Shown in pieces: positions 7,811 through 17,092 of a stretch of 64,000 nt of DNA. The position numbers were made by a program, and so were the translations under genes. Under the pieces are notes generated by a model, which saw nothing but the letters and a program-made list of their open reading frames with translations, had not been told where the DNA came from and did not search any database. The DNA lies in IMG/VR virus record IMGVR_UViG_3300046474_000147, positions 1,437 through 65,436 of that record; one strand, 5' to 3'. Within the stretch, counting starts at the first letter, position 1; each line of letters begins with the position of its first letter. The stretch comes from a virus (lineage: Duplodnaviria; Caudoviricetes).

Positions 7811-8665
7811 TCACAGTTCGTAGATGGCGCTAAGCTCCGCGATGCGTTTTTCCTGAATCGCTTCATATTTCGCGTTGAGTTCGCAGCCGATGTAGTTACG
7901 GCCGTACCCGCGAGCCACCCCGGCTGTCGTCCCGCTACCTATGAACGGGTCGAGCACGATATCGCCAAACCGACTTCCTGCTCGAATGCACGGTTCCACG
8001 AGATCCGGTGGATAAACTGCATCATGCGCGCCCCTGTAGGTGCTTGTCGCAATCTGCCACACGTCCGGTCGGAGCTTGGTTTGACCGTTTTCCGCTCGAA
8101 CGCGAATGGCATCGCCGTTGAAAAAGTACCTGGGCCTCTTGGTGAATAGGAACAACTTCTCATGGCTCCGCACACACCTGTCTCGAACTTTTTCGGGAGT
8201 GTAGTTGGTTTTGGCCCATACGATTTCTTGTCGCAGCAACCATCCGGCGTCCCGCATGGCCAGTGCGAATCGCCACGGTATCCCCATGAGTTCCTTGTCC
8301 TTGAATCCGTCTAGTTGCAAAAGCTGCTTGCTTCGATGCGGTGCCCCACTTTTCGGCATACCGCGCTGATTACCATTGCTGTGCGAATGCGGCGGGAATT
8401 TTCCATCCTTGTATGCAGCGTACGTGTCACCTATGTTCACGAACAGAACTCCGTCGTCAGCGAGGACTTCAGAGACCAGCGAGAACACTTGAATCAACCC
8501 TGCAATGTATTCCGGGGCACGTTGCTCAAGGCCGATCTGACCATTGACACCGTAATCGCGCAAGCCGAAATACGGTGGCGATGTGACGCACATTTGCACC
8601 TTCACGCCGTCGTCCGCAAGTGCGCGCAAGGTATCGCGGCAGTCGCCAAAAAAAATCTTATCCAA
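7811..8665 (-). CDS. Orphan DNA methyltransferase, N4-cytosine/N6-adenine, beta class
   Basis: VTSPPY catalytic motif precedes the VLDPFIGSGTT SAM-binding motif; TTG start. Confidence 0.9.
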   Translation of the reverse strand: MDKIFFGDCRDTLRALADDGVKVQMCVTSPPYFGLRDYGVNGQIGLEQRAPEYIAGLIQVFSLVSEVLADDGVLFVNIGDTYAAYKDGKFPPHSHSNGNQRGMPKSGAPHRSKQLLQLDGFKDKELMGIPWRFALAMRDAGWLLRQEIVWAKTNYTPEKVRDRCVRSHEKLFLFTKRPRYFFNGDAIRVRAENGQTKLRPDVWQIATSTYRGAHDAVYPPDLVEPCIRAGSRFGDIVLDPFIGSGTTAGVARGYGRNYIGCELNAKYEAIQEKRIAELSAIYEL

Positions 8666-8676
8666 AATTTACCCTT

Positions 8677-11277
8677 TCACAGTTCGTCGTCATCGTCCGT
8701 ACCGGCACGAGCGTCGAGCACGAATTTTCGCACTTTCGCGTTGTCGATCACTACCGCGCCACCGTCGCCGTCCGAAGTCTGGAACATTTCGACGTTCCGC
8801 GTGTAGTAGGTGCGGTAATCGGTGCCGACGCGGACCTTGCCGATACACTCGAAGCGGTGCCGCGACATCATCGACCCGACTGCCTTGTTGCCTGGTACGT
8901 CCAAGCCGCGATCCATGAGAACTTCCGTCAGTCGCACGCCGTCGATCAGGTCATACGAGATCAGCGGGTCCACTTCTTCAGTGATGATGTCGGTGAGGTT
9001 CTGGATAAACTCAGGCTGCGCCTGGCGGATCATGTACTTCTTCGCATCCGTGGTCGGCGCGTCACCGAACGGCTTGAACGAGTCGCTTTGCTCCCACTCC
9101 AACAGCCACTTCCGCAGCGCCGGGGCCGAAGTCTGAATGCTCGCGTACAGATCCTCGTAGTAGTCGGGGTTCTCATCCTTGAACGCGTCCAACTTGTCCT
9201 TGCGCTGCCACTGGCTGAACAGCACGCAGTAACGGCGGCCGTCATCGTCGAGCGGCAGCGCATCGCGGTAGTTCGAGAACAGCAGATAGCTCGTCGTGTT
9301 GGTCGCGTTGTACGTGCTCTTGCCTTTCGGGTGAACCTCGATGATGTCGTTCGTGATGTTCGGCTTGATCCTGTTGAGCAGTTCGTACTTGTTGTGCGCG
9401 TTGATGAGGCGGACTTCTTCGATGCAGGTGAGGCACTGGCCGACGAGCCAATCGGTGAACGACGATTCGAGGATATGCGCGTTGAGCATCTGGACGTTCG
9501 ACACGCCCATCACCGCGCGCATGAGGAATGCGAAGAACGACTTGCCGTCACCCTCGACGCCTTGCAGCAGGATCGACCAGTTGACGTGACGGCCTGGGTT
9601 CTGCACAACCCACGACAGCCAATCGAGCAGGATGCGACGTTCTTCCTGCTTCACGAGCAGGTGGCGAATGTGATTCTTCACGCGGCGGATCGCTGCTTTG
9701 TCGCGCGGCAGCAGTTCGTCCGGCAGTTTGGGGATCTCGTGCTCAGGATAGGTGTTCGCATACACGCCATCGGCAGCGTAGAACACCGGATCTTTGCCCG
9801 GCTCGTAGCGGCGACCGTTGACGACCTTGATCTTGTAGAGATTCAGCGCGAGTGCGGACGCCGACGACGACGGCGACGACTTGCCGTCCAAGATGTCCTT
9901 CTTGGTCAGTGCGTAGCGGTCGAACATCGCGTCGAAGCCCTGCTTCGTGGTCGAGATATTGCGCTTCGTGTCGTAGAAGCGGTCGTCGCTCGTGTCGTAC
10001 ACCCAGCCTTCGCACCAACCAGGCATTTTTTCGCCTTTCGACGGTGAGTATGCGATGGCTTTCTTCACTTCCGACAGCGGCGTTTTCGTGCCGGTGATGA
10101 TGTCGATGCGATCCTTCGCCAGCGATGCCAGCGCGGCGCGCGCCAGGCCGTCGATCTCGGCTTCGCGCGCAGCGTCGCGCGCCTTGTTCCACTCGATCAG
10201 CGTTTTCGCGTCCGAGAATTTGTCCTTCAGCGTGACCATGAGTTCGGCCGCGCTTTCTGCCGCAGCTTCTTTCGACAAGCGCAGGATGAAACGAGCGGTG
10301 ATCGGCGCACGCTTCTTGCCTTCGATGCCGAAGTCGTCCCAACGACGTTCAAGCGCGTCGCGGTCGTAGTTGTCGGCAGTCTCGCTCCACTCGTTCCACA
10401 GATTCAGGCCGGTTTCGTCGCCGTCGAACTGGTGGTACAGCGCCATACCAACCTGAACCCATGTCTCGTAATCGTCGGGATTCGGCACCATCATCAAGCG
10501 CGAGCGCAATTCCTGCTCGGTGATGTTCACGGCCTGCGTATCTTCGATGAACGGGTCGTCGTAGTCGATGTTTGCCAGCCCATTGTCGCGCTGCGACTTC
10601 ACGATCTTCCAATCGGATTCCTGCTTCGCGCGCTCGTGGAACCAGTTGATGAATTCCTGGCACTTCTCGACCGTGATCGGCGTGAGTTCGCTTGCCGGGA
10701 TCGTGAGCGGCCCACCGGCTTCGATCACGTCACCGACGCGGCCGGTTTTCTTGCCGTCCTTATCGACTTCGATCTCGAACTTCTCGTCCGGCCACGCATA
10801 CGGCTTTCCGGTGTCGGGGTGCGTGTGATAGACGACGCATTGCTGGCCGTCGCACAGGATCTCGATTTGGTGGAGTTCACCCCATTCGTCCTGATAGCGA
10901 TTCGACCGCATTTTGCGGAACGGTTTATCGGTGCGGTACAGCAGCAGGCGTTTCGGCGGCATGCCAATACGCAGCGGCGCAGATCCGAAGATCTCGCGCG
11001 CTTTTTTCTCGCAGTCGAGCGCAACCTTTTCGTCTCGCACGTCGATGTCAACGGCGGGGGTGAGCTTGGTCAGCACGCCGACGCCGGAATTGCGGTGCCC
11101 CGACTCGACCCATTCCTGAAGTTGCTGCTTGGTGCTGCGCGCCTTCGACCAGTTATCAAAGCCTGGCGCTTTTTTGCCGACCGCGATGGGTATGATCTCG
11201 TACCCGTTGTCGATCAGGTCCGATCCCAGGTAGGCCAGTGGCCCGCTATTCTTGGACGTGTATTCTTCTTTTTTCAT
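8677..11277 (-). CDS. Primase-helicase (Prim-Pol, PriCT-2, SF3 helicase)
   Basis: Start MKKEE overlaps the upstream stop; AVDIDV; DYETWVQVGMAL; GVEGDGKSF Walker A; CIEEV Walker B; FSNYRDALP motif C. Confidence 0.9.
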   Translation of the reverse strand: MKKEEYTSKNSGPLAYLGSDLIDNGYEIIPIAVGKKAPGFDNWSKARSTKQQLQEWVESGHRNSGVGVLTKLTPAVDIDVRDEKVALDCEKKAREIFGSAPLRIGMPPKRLLLYRTDKPFRKMRSNRYQDEWGELHQIEILCDGQQCVVYHTHPDTGKPYAWPDEKFEIEVDKDGKKTGRVGDVIEAGGPLTIPASELTPITVEKCQEFINWFHERAKQESDWKIVKSQRDNGLANIDYDDPFIEDTQAVNITEQELRSRLMMVPNPDDYETWVQVGMALYHQFDGDETGLNLWNEWSETADNYDRDALERRWDDFGIEGKKRAPITARFILRLSKEAAAESAAELMVTLKDKFSDAKTLIEWNKARDAAREAEIDGLARAALASLAKDRIDIITGTKTPLSEVKKAIAYSPSKGEKMPGWCEGWVYDTSDDRFYDTKRNISTTKQGFDAMFDRYALTKKDILDGKSSPSSSASALALNLYKIKVVNGRRYEPGKDPVFYAADGVYANTYPEHEIPKLPDELLPRDKAAIRRVKNHIRHLLVKQEERRILLDWLSWVVQNPGRHVNWSILLQGVEGDGKSFFAFLMRAVMGVSNVQMLNAHILESSFTDWLVGQCLTCIEEVRLINAHNKYELLNRIKPNITNDIIEVHPKGKSTYNATNTTSYLLFSNYRDALPLDDDGRRYCVLFSQWQRKDKLDAFKDENPDYYEDLYASIQTSAPALRKWLLEWEQSDSFKPFGDAPTTDAKKYMIRQAQPEFIQNLTDIITEEVDPLISYDLIDGVRLTEVLMDRGLDVPGNKAVGSMMSRHRFECIGKVRVGTDYRTYYTRNVEMFQTSDGDGGAVVIDNAKVRKFVLDARAGTDDDDEL

Positions 11278-11561
11278 GTGAGGTCGTGGATCTCGGTTGG
11301 GTAGATGAGCCATTCCCGGCGTACGCAATCACGACCGCATGCTTTCTCGATCTGCTGCGCCATCTTGGCCGAGAATTTGCCGCCCTTAATGGCGGCATGT
11401 ACCTCGGTGCGTTCGATTTTGCAGAAGTCAGCAAACGAAGCGATGTTGCCGCTAGGCGTACACCAGTTCGATGCCTTCAGAACGAGAAATCGCAGTCGCC
11501 GCGACGCGAGATCATCCTTCGGTGCGCGCGGATCATCGACCCACGCGGGAAAAGTAATCAT
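11274..11561 (-). CDS. Cro/CI-like HTH regulator
   Basis: ATG at 11561 after GGGGAGG; 95 aa; IASFADFCKIERTEVHAAIKGG HTH-like; divergent from the replication operon. Confidence 0.6.
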   Translation of the reverse strand: MITFPAWVDDPRAPKDDLASRRLRFLVLKASNWCTPSGNIASFADFCKIERTEVHAAIKGGKFSAKMAQQIEKACGRDCVRREWLIYPTEIHDLT

Positions 11562-11687
11562 GCAGTTGTCCTCCCCAAAACTATTTTTCAAAAACCTGTA
11601 AGAATTATCCCACAGGTGCTTGACGTGAATCAATTGATCGTGAGAATATTCTGGTCATGCACTGATACAGAACAACAGGGCGACAGA

Positions 11688-12080
11688 ATGGAAAATTTTG
11701 ACCTTATCGCAGCAGCGAAACAGCACGAGTCATTGGGATTCGATGCGCGTGATGTGGCGAAGCTGACGGTGAAGCAGTTGCACCTGTTGAAGCTGAAGAT
11801 GCACATGATCCACGACGCTTCCCGAAGCGCCGACAGGCGAAAAGCGATCCTCAAGGCGTGCCACGCATTCGAGGAACTGATCGAGCATATCCAATCGGGT
11901 GATCTCGACCGCGCAATTCGCAATTCGGATCGCGCAACGATGTTGTGCGCCGATGTCGAGTTGTCCAGGGAATCCGTCGCATTAGTTGTCGCCCAATCCA
12001 TCGCGCCGAATCAAGCATTCTGGCTTGTAGGACAAGGCCGACAACCGAGGATCGACGTATCCGGTGTCCTGAAAGAGTAA
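11688..12080 (+). CDS. Hypothetical protein
   Basis: ATG at 11688 after AGGG; 130 aa. Confidence 0.6.
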   Translation: MENFDLIAAAKQHESLGFDARDVAKLTVKQLHLLKLKMHMIHDASRSADRRKAILKACHAFEELIEHIQSGDLDRAIRNSDRATMLCADVELSRESVALVVAQSIAPNQAFWLVGQGRQPRIDVSGVLKE

Positions 12081-12157
12081 GTTTTGCAAAATGCGTTGAC
12101 CCACGGCGGTAAGTCAGCGCACCAAATAACCCGCCCTTTTTTTTAATGGAGTTCTGA

Positions 12158-12526
12158 ATGAGTATCGAACAACTGCTGCAAGGTGTCATCGAAGCACTGA
12201 ATGCCAACACCGCAGCCCTGCAAGGCAGCGCAGTCAAGACCACCGGCACCGGCACCTCGGGCGAAACCGGCACCGCATCGACCGGCAAGGGCGGCGACAA
12301 GGGCGGCGACAAGAAGAAAGGCCCGACCGTCGAAGAAATGCAGGCTGCGCTGACCGCCGTGAAAGAGAAGTTCGGCGCGGCCGAAGCCAAGTCGATCATC
12401 AAATCGGCCGGTGGCGTCGAGAAGATGAACGAGATCCCCGAGAAGAAGGTCAAGGCCGTGTTCGAGGCAGCCCAGGCCAAGCTGACCGCCGAGGACGACA
12501 CGACCGGCAGCGACGACGACATCTAA
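12158..12526 (+). CDS. Small protein of the type found upstream of DUF2800 genes (helical C-domain, acidic tail)
   Basis: 122 aa; G/T/K linker then a helical domain; ends GSDDDI. Confidence 0.8.
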   Translation: MSIEQLLQGVIEALNANTAALQGSAVKTTGTGTSGETGTASTGKGGDKGGDKKKGPTVEEMQAALTAVKEKFGAAEAKSIIKSAGGVEKMNEIPEKKVKAVFEAAQAKLTAEDDTTGSDDDI

Positions 12527-12532
12527 TCGTCG

Positions 12533-13837
12533 GTGGCCGAGCATCACATCAGCGTCGAGCAACTGCGCGACGCGATCAAACGAGTGGAGTCGGGCGGGCA
12601 TTCCGTGTTCGCCCCATCTGCCTCGAAGATGTGGCTCGGTTGCAGCGGATCTCTGATCGCCAACCTGTTTGCGCCGGACGATTCCGGCGAGGACGCGGCC
12701 TACGGCACCGTTGGTCACATGGTTGGTGAACAGTGGTTGAAGGATGGCGTGCGACCGAAGCACCTGCTAGGCAAAACGTATTGGGTTGACGGTTCCGACT
12801 TTGGGTATTTCATCACCATCGACGAGGTGATGATGGACTACGTGAAGCGGTACGTGGACTGGTGTAAGAACCTTCCCGGCGACCACTATGTTGAGACTCG
12901 CGTGGACTTCTCGCAGATAACGCCGATCCCGAATCAGGGTGGCACCGCTGACCATTGCGCATGTTCGTATCAGCGCATGGTCATCACCGACCTGAAGATG
13001 GGTAAAGGTGTGCGGGTCTATGCTGAGAAGAACACCCAAGCTTTGCTGTACGCGTTGGGATTCTTTTTGGAGTGGGACTGGCTGTACGACTTCCAAGAGA
13101 TCGTGATTCGCATTGCGCAGCCGCGCCTGGACGTGTTCGAGGACTGGACTGTGGATCGCGAGTATCTGCTGAAGTTCGCGGAGTACGCCAAAGAGCGAGC
13201 AGCGGCAGCGTGGGTCGTGGGTGCGCCGCGTACCCCAAGCGCGGAAGCGTGTCAGTGGTGCCGCGTTCAAGCGACGTGCGCCGCGAAAGCGAAGGTGGTG
13301 TTCGACCTGACTGGCGGCGCGTTCGACGATCTGAGCGAGCCTATCGGAACTGAGGGCATGCTGTACTTCCGCGAAGTGCTGCGTGATACCGATGCACCCG
13401 AAGCCATCAACGCCGCGACGCTGACGACATTGGAGTTGGAGAAGCTGTTCGCGTGGCGCAGCACGATCACGCGGTACTTCGACAAGGTGGCTGAAGAACT
13501 CGAAGGTCGCGCCAAGCGCGGTGTGAAGCTGTCGCAGTACAAACTGGCGGAAGGTCGCTCGTTCAGGGCATTCCGCAACAAAGATAAGGCCGTCGAGAAG
13601 TTGGTCGGCCTTGGCCTGAAGCGTAAGGATCTCGTCACCGAAGAGGTGGCAAGTCCGGCGAAGGTCGAAGAGTTGCTTCGCAAGGCCGGTTATAAGGGCA
13701 AGGACATTCCAGATCTGTTGAAGGATCTCGTGTTCAAGCCGCCTGGCAAGGCAACCCTGGTGTCAGTCAAAGATCGAAGGCCAGCCCTGGCCGACGCCTA
13801 CGACGACGCCTTTAGCGAGTTTGACGAGAAATCGTGA
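12533..13837 (+). CDS. DUF2800 / Cas4-like PD-(D/E)xK exonuclease
   Basis: FAPSASKMW, GTADH, TDLKMGKG, YALG, CQWCR motifs; position upstream of the SSB. Confidence 0.85.
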   Translation: MAEHHISVEQLRDAIKRVESGGHSVFAPSASKMWLGCSGSLIANLFAPDDSGEDAAYGTVGHMVGEQWLKDGVRPKHLLGKTYWVDGSDFGYFITIDEVMMDYVKRYVDWCKNLPGDHYVETRVDFSQITPIPNQGGTADHCACSYQRMVITDLKMGKGVRVYAEKNTQALLYALGFFLEWDWLYDFQEIVIRIAQPRLDVFEDWTVDREYLLKFAEYAKERAAAAWVVGAPRTPSAEACQWCRVQATCAAKAKVVFDLTGGAFDDLSEPIGTEGMLYFREVLRDTDAPEAINAATLTTLELEKLFAWRSTITRYFDKVAEELEGRAKRGVKLSQYKLAEGRSFRAFRNKDKAVEKLVGLGLKRKDLVTEEVASPAKVEELLRKAGYKGKDIPDLLKDLVFKPPGKATLVSVKDRRPALADAYDDAFSEFDEKS

Positions 13838-13881
13838 AGCCATAATCCATTTAACGTGAAGTCCGAAATTGGGAGAATAGT

Positions 13882-14520
13882 ATGTCCGCACTGGTAGTCA
13901 AGAAGAGTGGTAAGAACTTTGTGCTGTACGAGAACGGCATGATCCGCGTCGATAACGTCCGCTTCTCTTATCCCCACGTCGATAAGCCGTGGAAGAAGGA
14001 AAGCGACAAAGGCACGGCGAAATACGGCCTCGTCGGCATGCTGCCGAAAGAGACGCACGAAGAAGCCAAGAAGGTGATCGCTGAAGAAATGAAGCGCCAC
14101 CTGGCCGAAGCGAAAATCAGCGTCCCTGCCGACAAGAAGTTCCTGCGCGATGGCGACGCCAACCGCGACGAGGATAGCGGTGACGACGCGAGCAACAGCT
14201 ACGCCGGTCACTGGTTCCTGTCGGCGCGCGAAACGAACCGTCCGACTCTCCGCGACGCTTCCGGTCGCAAGCTCGATCCGGTCGAAGATCTCGAAACCAT
14301 CAACGAGTTGTTCTACGGTGGTGCATGGGGTCACATGCTGATTCGTCCTTGGGTTCAGAACAACGAGCACGGCAAGCGCATCAACGCTGGCCTGGTCGGT
14401 GCGATGTTCAAGAAGAACGACAAAGCGTTCGGCCAGGGCCGCGTTGACGATTCCGGCGCATGGGACGACGTTGCCGACGATACCGGCTCGACCGGCGACG
14501 GCGAAGACGACGACCTGTAA
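13882..14520 (+). CDS. DUF2815 single-stranded DNA-binding protein
   Basis: VRFSYPHV, FYGGAWG, NEHGKRINAGL, FGQG; acidic tail GEDDDL. Confidence 0.85.
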   Translation: MSALVVKKSGKNFVLYENGMIRVDNVRFSYPHVDKPWKKESDKGTAKYGLVGMLPKETHEEAKKVIAEEMKRHLAEAKISVPADKKFLRDGDANRDEDSGDDASNSYAGHWFLSARETNRPTLRDASGRKLDPVEDLETINELFYGGAWGHMLIRPWVQNNEHGKRINAGLVGAMFKKNDKAFGQGRVDDSGAWDDVADDTGSTGDGEDDDL

Positions 14521-14534
14521 CACCATGTAGTACC

Positions 14535-14577
14535 ACAACGCCCGGCAAGACTCACCCTTGTCGGGCGTTGTTTCGTT
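14535..14577 (+). terminator. 15-bp hairpin, probable terminator or processing site between SSB and polymerase
   Basis: ACAACGCCCGGCAAG-actcacc-CTTGTCGGGCGTTGT then TTCGTT. Confidence 0.65.
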
Positions 14578-14590
14578 CTGAAAGAGCTAC

Positions 14591-16792
14591 ATGCCAACAA
14601 CGAACAAATACCTAGAAAAGCGGGACGAAGCCGCGACCGATACCGAGTGCTACATCGACTATTGGAGCATCGGCTTCAAGAATCTCGCGACCGGCAAGAA
14701 GGTCATCATCGAGAAGTACGATGGCCTGGATCTCGACCGAGCGAAGATCAAGCGCATCATGCGCAAGTTCCGCCTGTACTCGTTCAACGGGCTCGGGTAC
14801 GACATGCCGATGATCGCGCTGGCGATGGCTGGTGCCAGCAACAAGCGCCTGAAGGAAGCGAGCGATGACCTGATCGCGAATCGTCTGCCGGTGTGGCGGT
14901 TTTGGGAGAAGTACGGCGTCGAACTGCCGGAATGGCTCGATCACATCGACATCATGGAAGTCGCACCAGGCGTCAGGCTCTCGCTGAAGAAGTACGGCGC
15001 GCGCATGAACATGAAGCGCCTGCAAGAACTCCCGATTGATCCGAGCGAACCAGTCGGCGCGCACCGTCGTCCGCTCATGCGCGTGTACCTCGGTAATGAC
15101 CTCGACACGACCGCAGAACTGGCGCTTGGCCTGCGCGAAGAGATCGACATTCGCAACGAGATCAGCGCCGAGTACAACATCGACGTGCGCTCGAAGTCGG
15201 ACGCGCAGATCGCGGAAGCTCTCATCAAGGCCGAGGTCGAGCGAGTCACCGGCCGCAAGATCGAGAAGCCGGTGGTCAAGACTTTCAGCTTCAAGTACGA
15301 GGCACCAGACTTCATCAAGTTCAAAACGCCGCTGCTGCAAGAGGTGCTGGAAGTGGTCACGTCCACACGCTTCTTCGTCAGCGGCGAGCCCGATCCAATC
15401 GGAGCGAAGAAGAAGAACTTCGGCGTCGTGCGACTGCCGCAGGCCATCAAGGATCTGAAGATCCGCATTGGCTTCACCGACTACAAGATGGGTATTGGCG
15501 GTCTGCACTCGAAAGAGAAGCGCCGCTCGTATATCGCGGGCGATGACACGATCATCGAGGATCGCGACGTGCGCGCCTACTACCCGCGTCTCATGCTCGC
15601 ATGCGGCTACGTGCCCGCCGCACTCGGCCAGAACTTCCTCGGCGTGTTCTCGAAGTTCGTGAACCTGCGCGACAGCTACAAGATCAAGGCCGCGAAGCTC
15701 AAGAAGTTGGGCGACGCGGGCGGATCACTGAAATACAAGAAGCGTTCTGATTCCTTCAAGATCGTCAACAACGGCACGTTCGGTAAAACCGGATCGCCGT
15801 ACTCCGTCGTGTACGCGCCGAAGCTCATGATCTCCACCACGATCACCGGCCAGCTTTCGCTGCTCATGCTGATCGAGGAACTGGAATTGAACGGCTTTAC
15901 TGTGATCTCCGCGAACACTGACGGCATCGTTACGGTGATCGAGCGTGACCGCTACTGGCTGTTCAACGCAATCGTGTTCGAGTGGGAGTGCGCAACGTCG
16001 TTCCAGACTGAAGCCGTGCGATACCTCGGTGTGTACAGCCGCGACGTGAACAGCTATGTTGCTGTGGTCGAGGACGCGAAGAAGCCAGGCCAGGTCGCGA
16101 TGATCGAGGACAAGGCTGCCGGTACGATGGTGCCGGAAGTGAAGCGCAAAGGTCTGTTCGCGAAGGCGGGCCTGCAAGCCAAGCACGATCCGACATTCGA
16201 CATTTGCTCGACTGCCGTGGTCGAGTACCTGATACACGGCACCGACATCGAGGACACGATCACCGGCTGCACCGACATCACGCAGTTCATCGGTGTGAAG
16301 CAGGTGGGCAAGGTCAAACTCGGCAACGGCAAGATGGCCGAAGGCGGCTACGACGTTCACGGCAACTACCTCGGCAAAATGGTGCGCTGGTACTACGGTG
16401 AAGGTGAGCGTGGATTTATCGCGAAGGCGAACGGTGCCCGCGTGGCCGGTACGACCGGCGCGGTGCCGTGCATGGATCTGCCGGACGAACTGCCGGACGA
16501 CATCGACTACCGCTGGTACGTGCGCGAGGCGTATGCGCGCTTGAACGACATCGGCCTGACCGTGAAGAACCCGCGCCTCGCCGGTCGCCAGGGCTACGTG
16601 CCTGCGATCCTGCCGGGACAAAAGACCGCGCACATCATCGACCTGCAAACGATGCAGGCGTTGTGCGGTCGTGAAGAGAAGAACGTGCGCGAGCCGTGGG
16701 AAGAACTCAACGTGATCCAAGACCACATTCGCGTTTGCCGCAAGTGCCAGGACGAACGCGCGCTGCCTGACGACGAAGAGGATGAGGATTGA
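14591..16792 (+). CDS. DNA polymerase, family B-like, with 3'-5' exonuclease
   Basis: DTEC, FNGLGYDMPM, YLGND exonuclease motifs; DVRAYYP (A), KIVNNGTFGK (B), SANTDG (C). Confidence 0.85.
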   Translation: MPTTNKYLEKRDEAATDTECYIDYWSIGFKNLATGKKVIIEKYDGLDLDRAKIKRIMRKFRLYSFNGLGYDMPMIALAMAGASNKRLKEASDDLIANRLPVWRFWEKYGVELPEWLDHIDIMEVAPGVRLSLKKYGARMNMKRLQELPIDPSEPVGAHRRPLMRVYLGNDLDTTAELALGLREEIDIRNEISAEYNIDVRSKSDAQIAEALIKAEVERVTGRKIEKPVVKTFSFKYEAPDFIKFKTPLLQEVLEVVTSTRFFVSGEPDPIGAKKKNFGVVRLPQAIKDLKIRIGFTDYKMGIGGLHSKEKRRSYIAGDDTIIEDRDVRAYYPRLMLACGYVPAALGQNFLGVFSKFVNLRDSYKIKAAKLKKLGDAGGSLKYKKRSDSFKIVNNGTFGKTGSPYSVVYAPKLMISTTITGQLSLLMLIEELELNGFTVISANTDGIVTVIERDRYWLFNAIVFEWECATSFQTEAVRYLGVYSRDVNSYVAVVEDAKKPGQVAMIEDKAAGTMVPEVKRKGLFAKAGLQAKHDPTFDICSTAVVEYLIHGTDIEDTITGCTDITQFIGVKQVGKVKLGNGKMAEGGYDVHGNYLGKMVRWYYGEGERGFIAKANGARVAGTTGAVPCMDLPDELPDDIDYRWYVREAYARLNDIGLTVKNPRLAGRQGYVPAILPGQKTAHIIDLQTMQALCGREEKNVREPWEELNVIQDHIRVCRKCQDERALPDDEEDED

Positions 16793-16795
16793 AGC

Positions 16796-17092
16796 ATGGT
16801 CAAAATCTTGGATAAATCGCTGCTCGAAAGCGACAACACCGGCGATGCCCACAAGTACGCAGAACGGCGCGGCTGGTGGACGATCAAGGTCGAGTCACCG
16901 ACGTGCAACGGCATACCTGATCGCCTGTATCTGCGTCGCGGGAAGTACGTGTGGGTCGAATGGAAGCGCCCTGGACGCGGCAAAGATGGCCTGTCAGCGA
17001 TCCAAGTTATCCGAATCAAAGAAATGCGCAAGCACGGCGCAGAGGTGTTCGTGCTCGACGACATCGAAGAATTCAAGAGGATCATGAAATGA
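16796..17092 (+). CDS. VRR-NUC endonuclease
   Basis: GIPDRL, VWVEWKRPG, LSAIQ...G..VFVLD. Confidence 0.85.
   Translation: MVKILDKSLLESDNTGDAHKYAERRGWWTIKVESPTCNGIPDRLYLRRGKYVWVEWKRPGRGKDGLSAIQVIRIKEMRKHGAEVFVLDDIEEFKRIMK

Noticed and set aside
12106-12144. GGCGG...CCGCC plus T8 as a firm terminator
   Set aside because: Only a 5-bp stem with a ~20-nt loop; kept only as part of the leader motif
13821-13846. TTGACG...CATAAT upstream of the SSB gene as a promoter
   Set aside because: The spacer is only 14 nt
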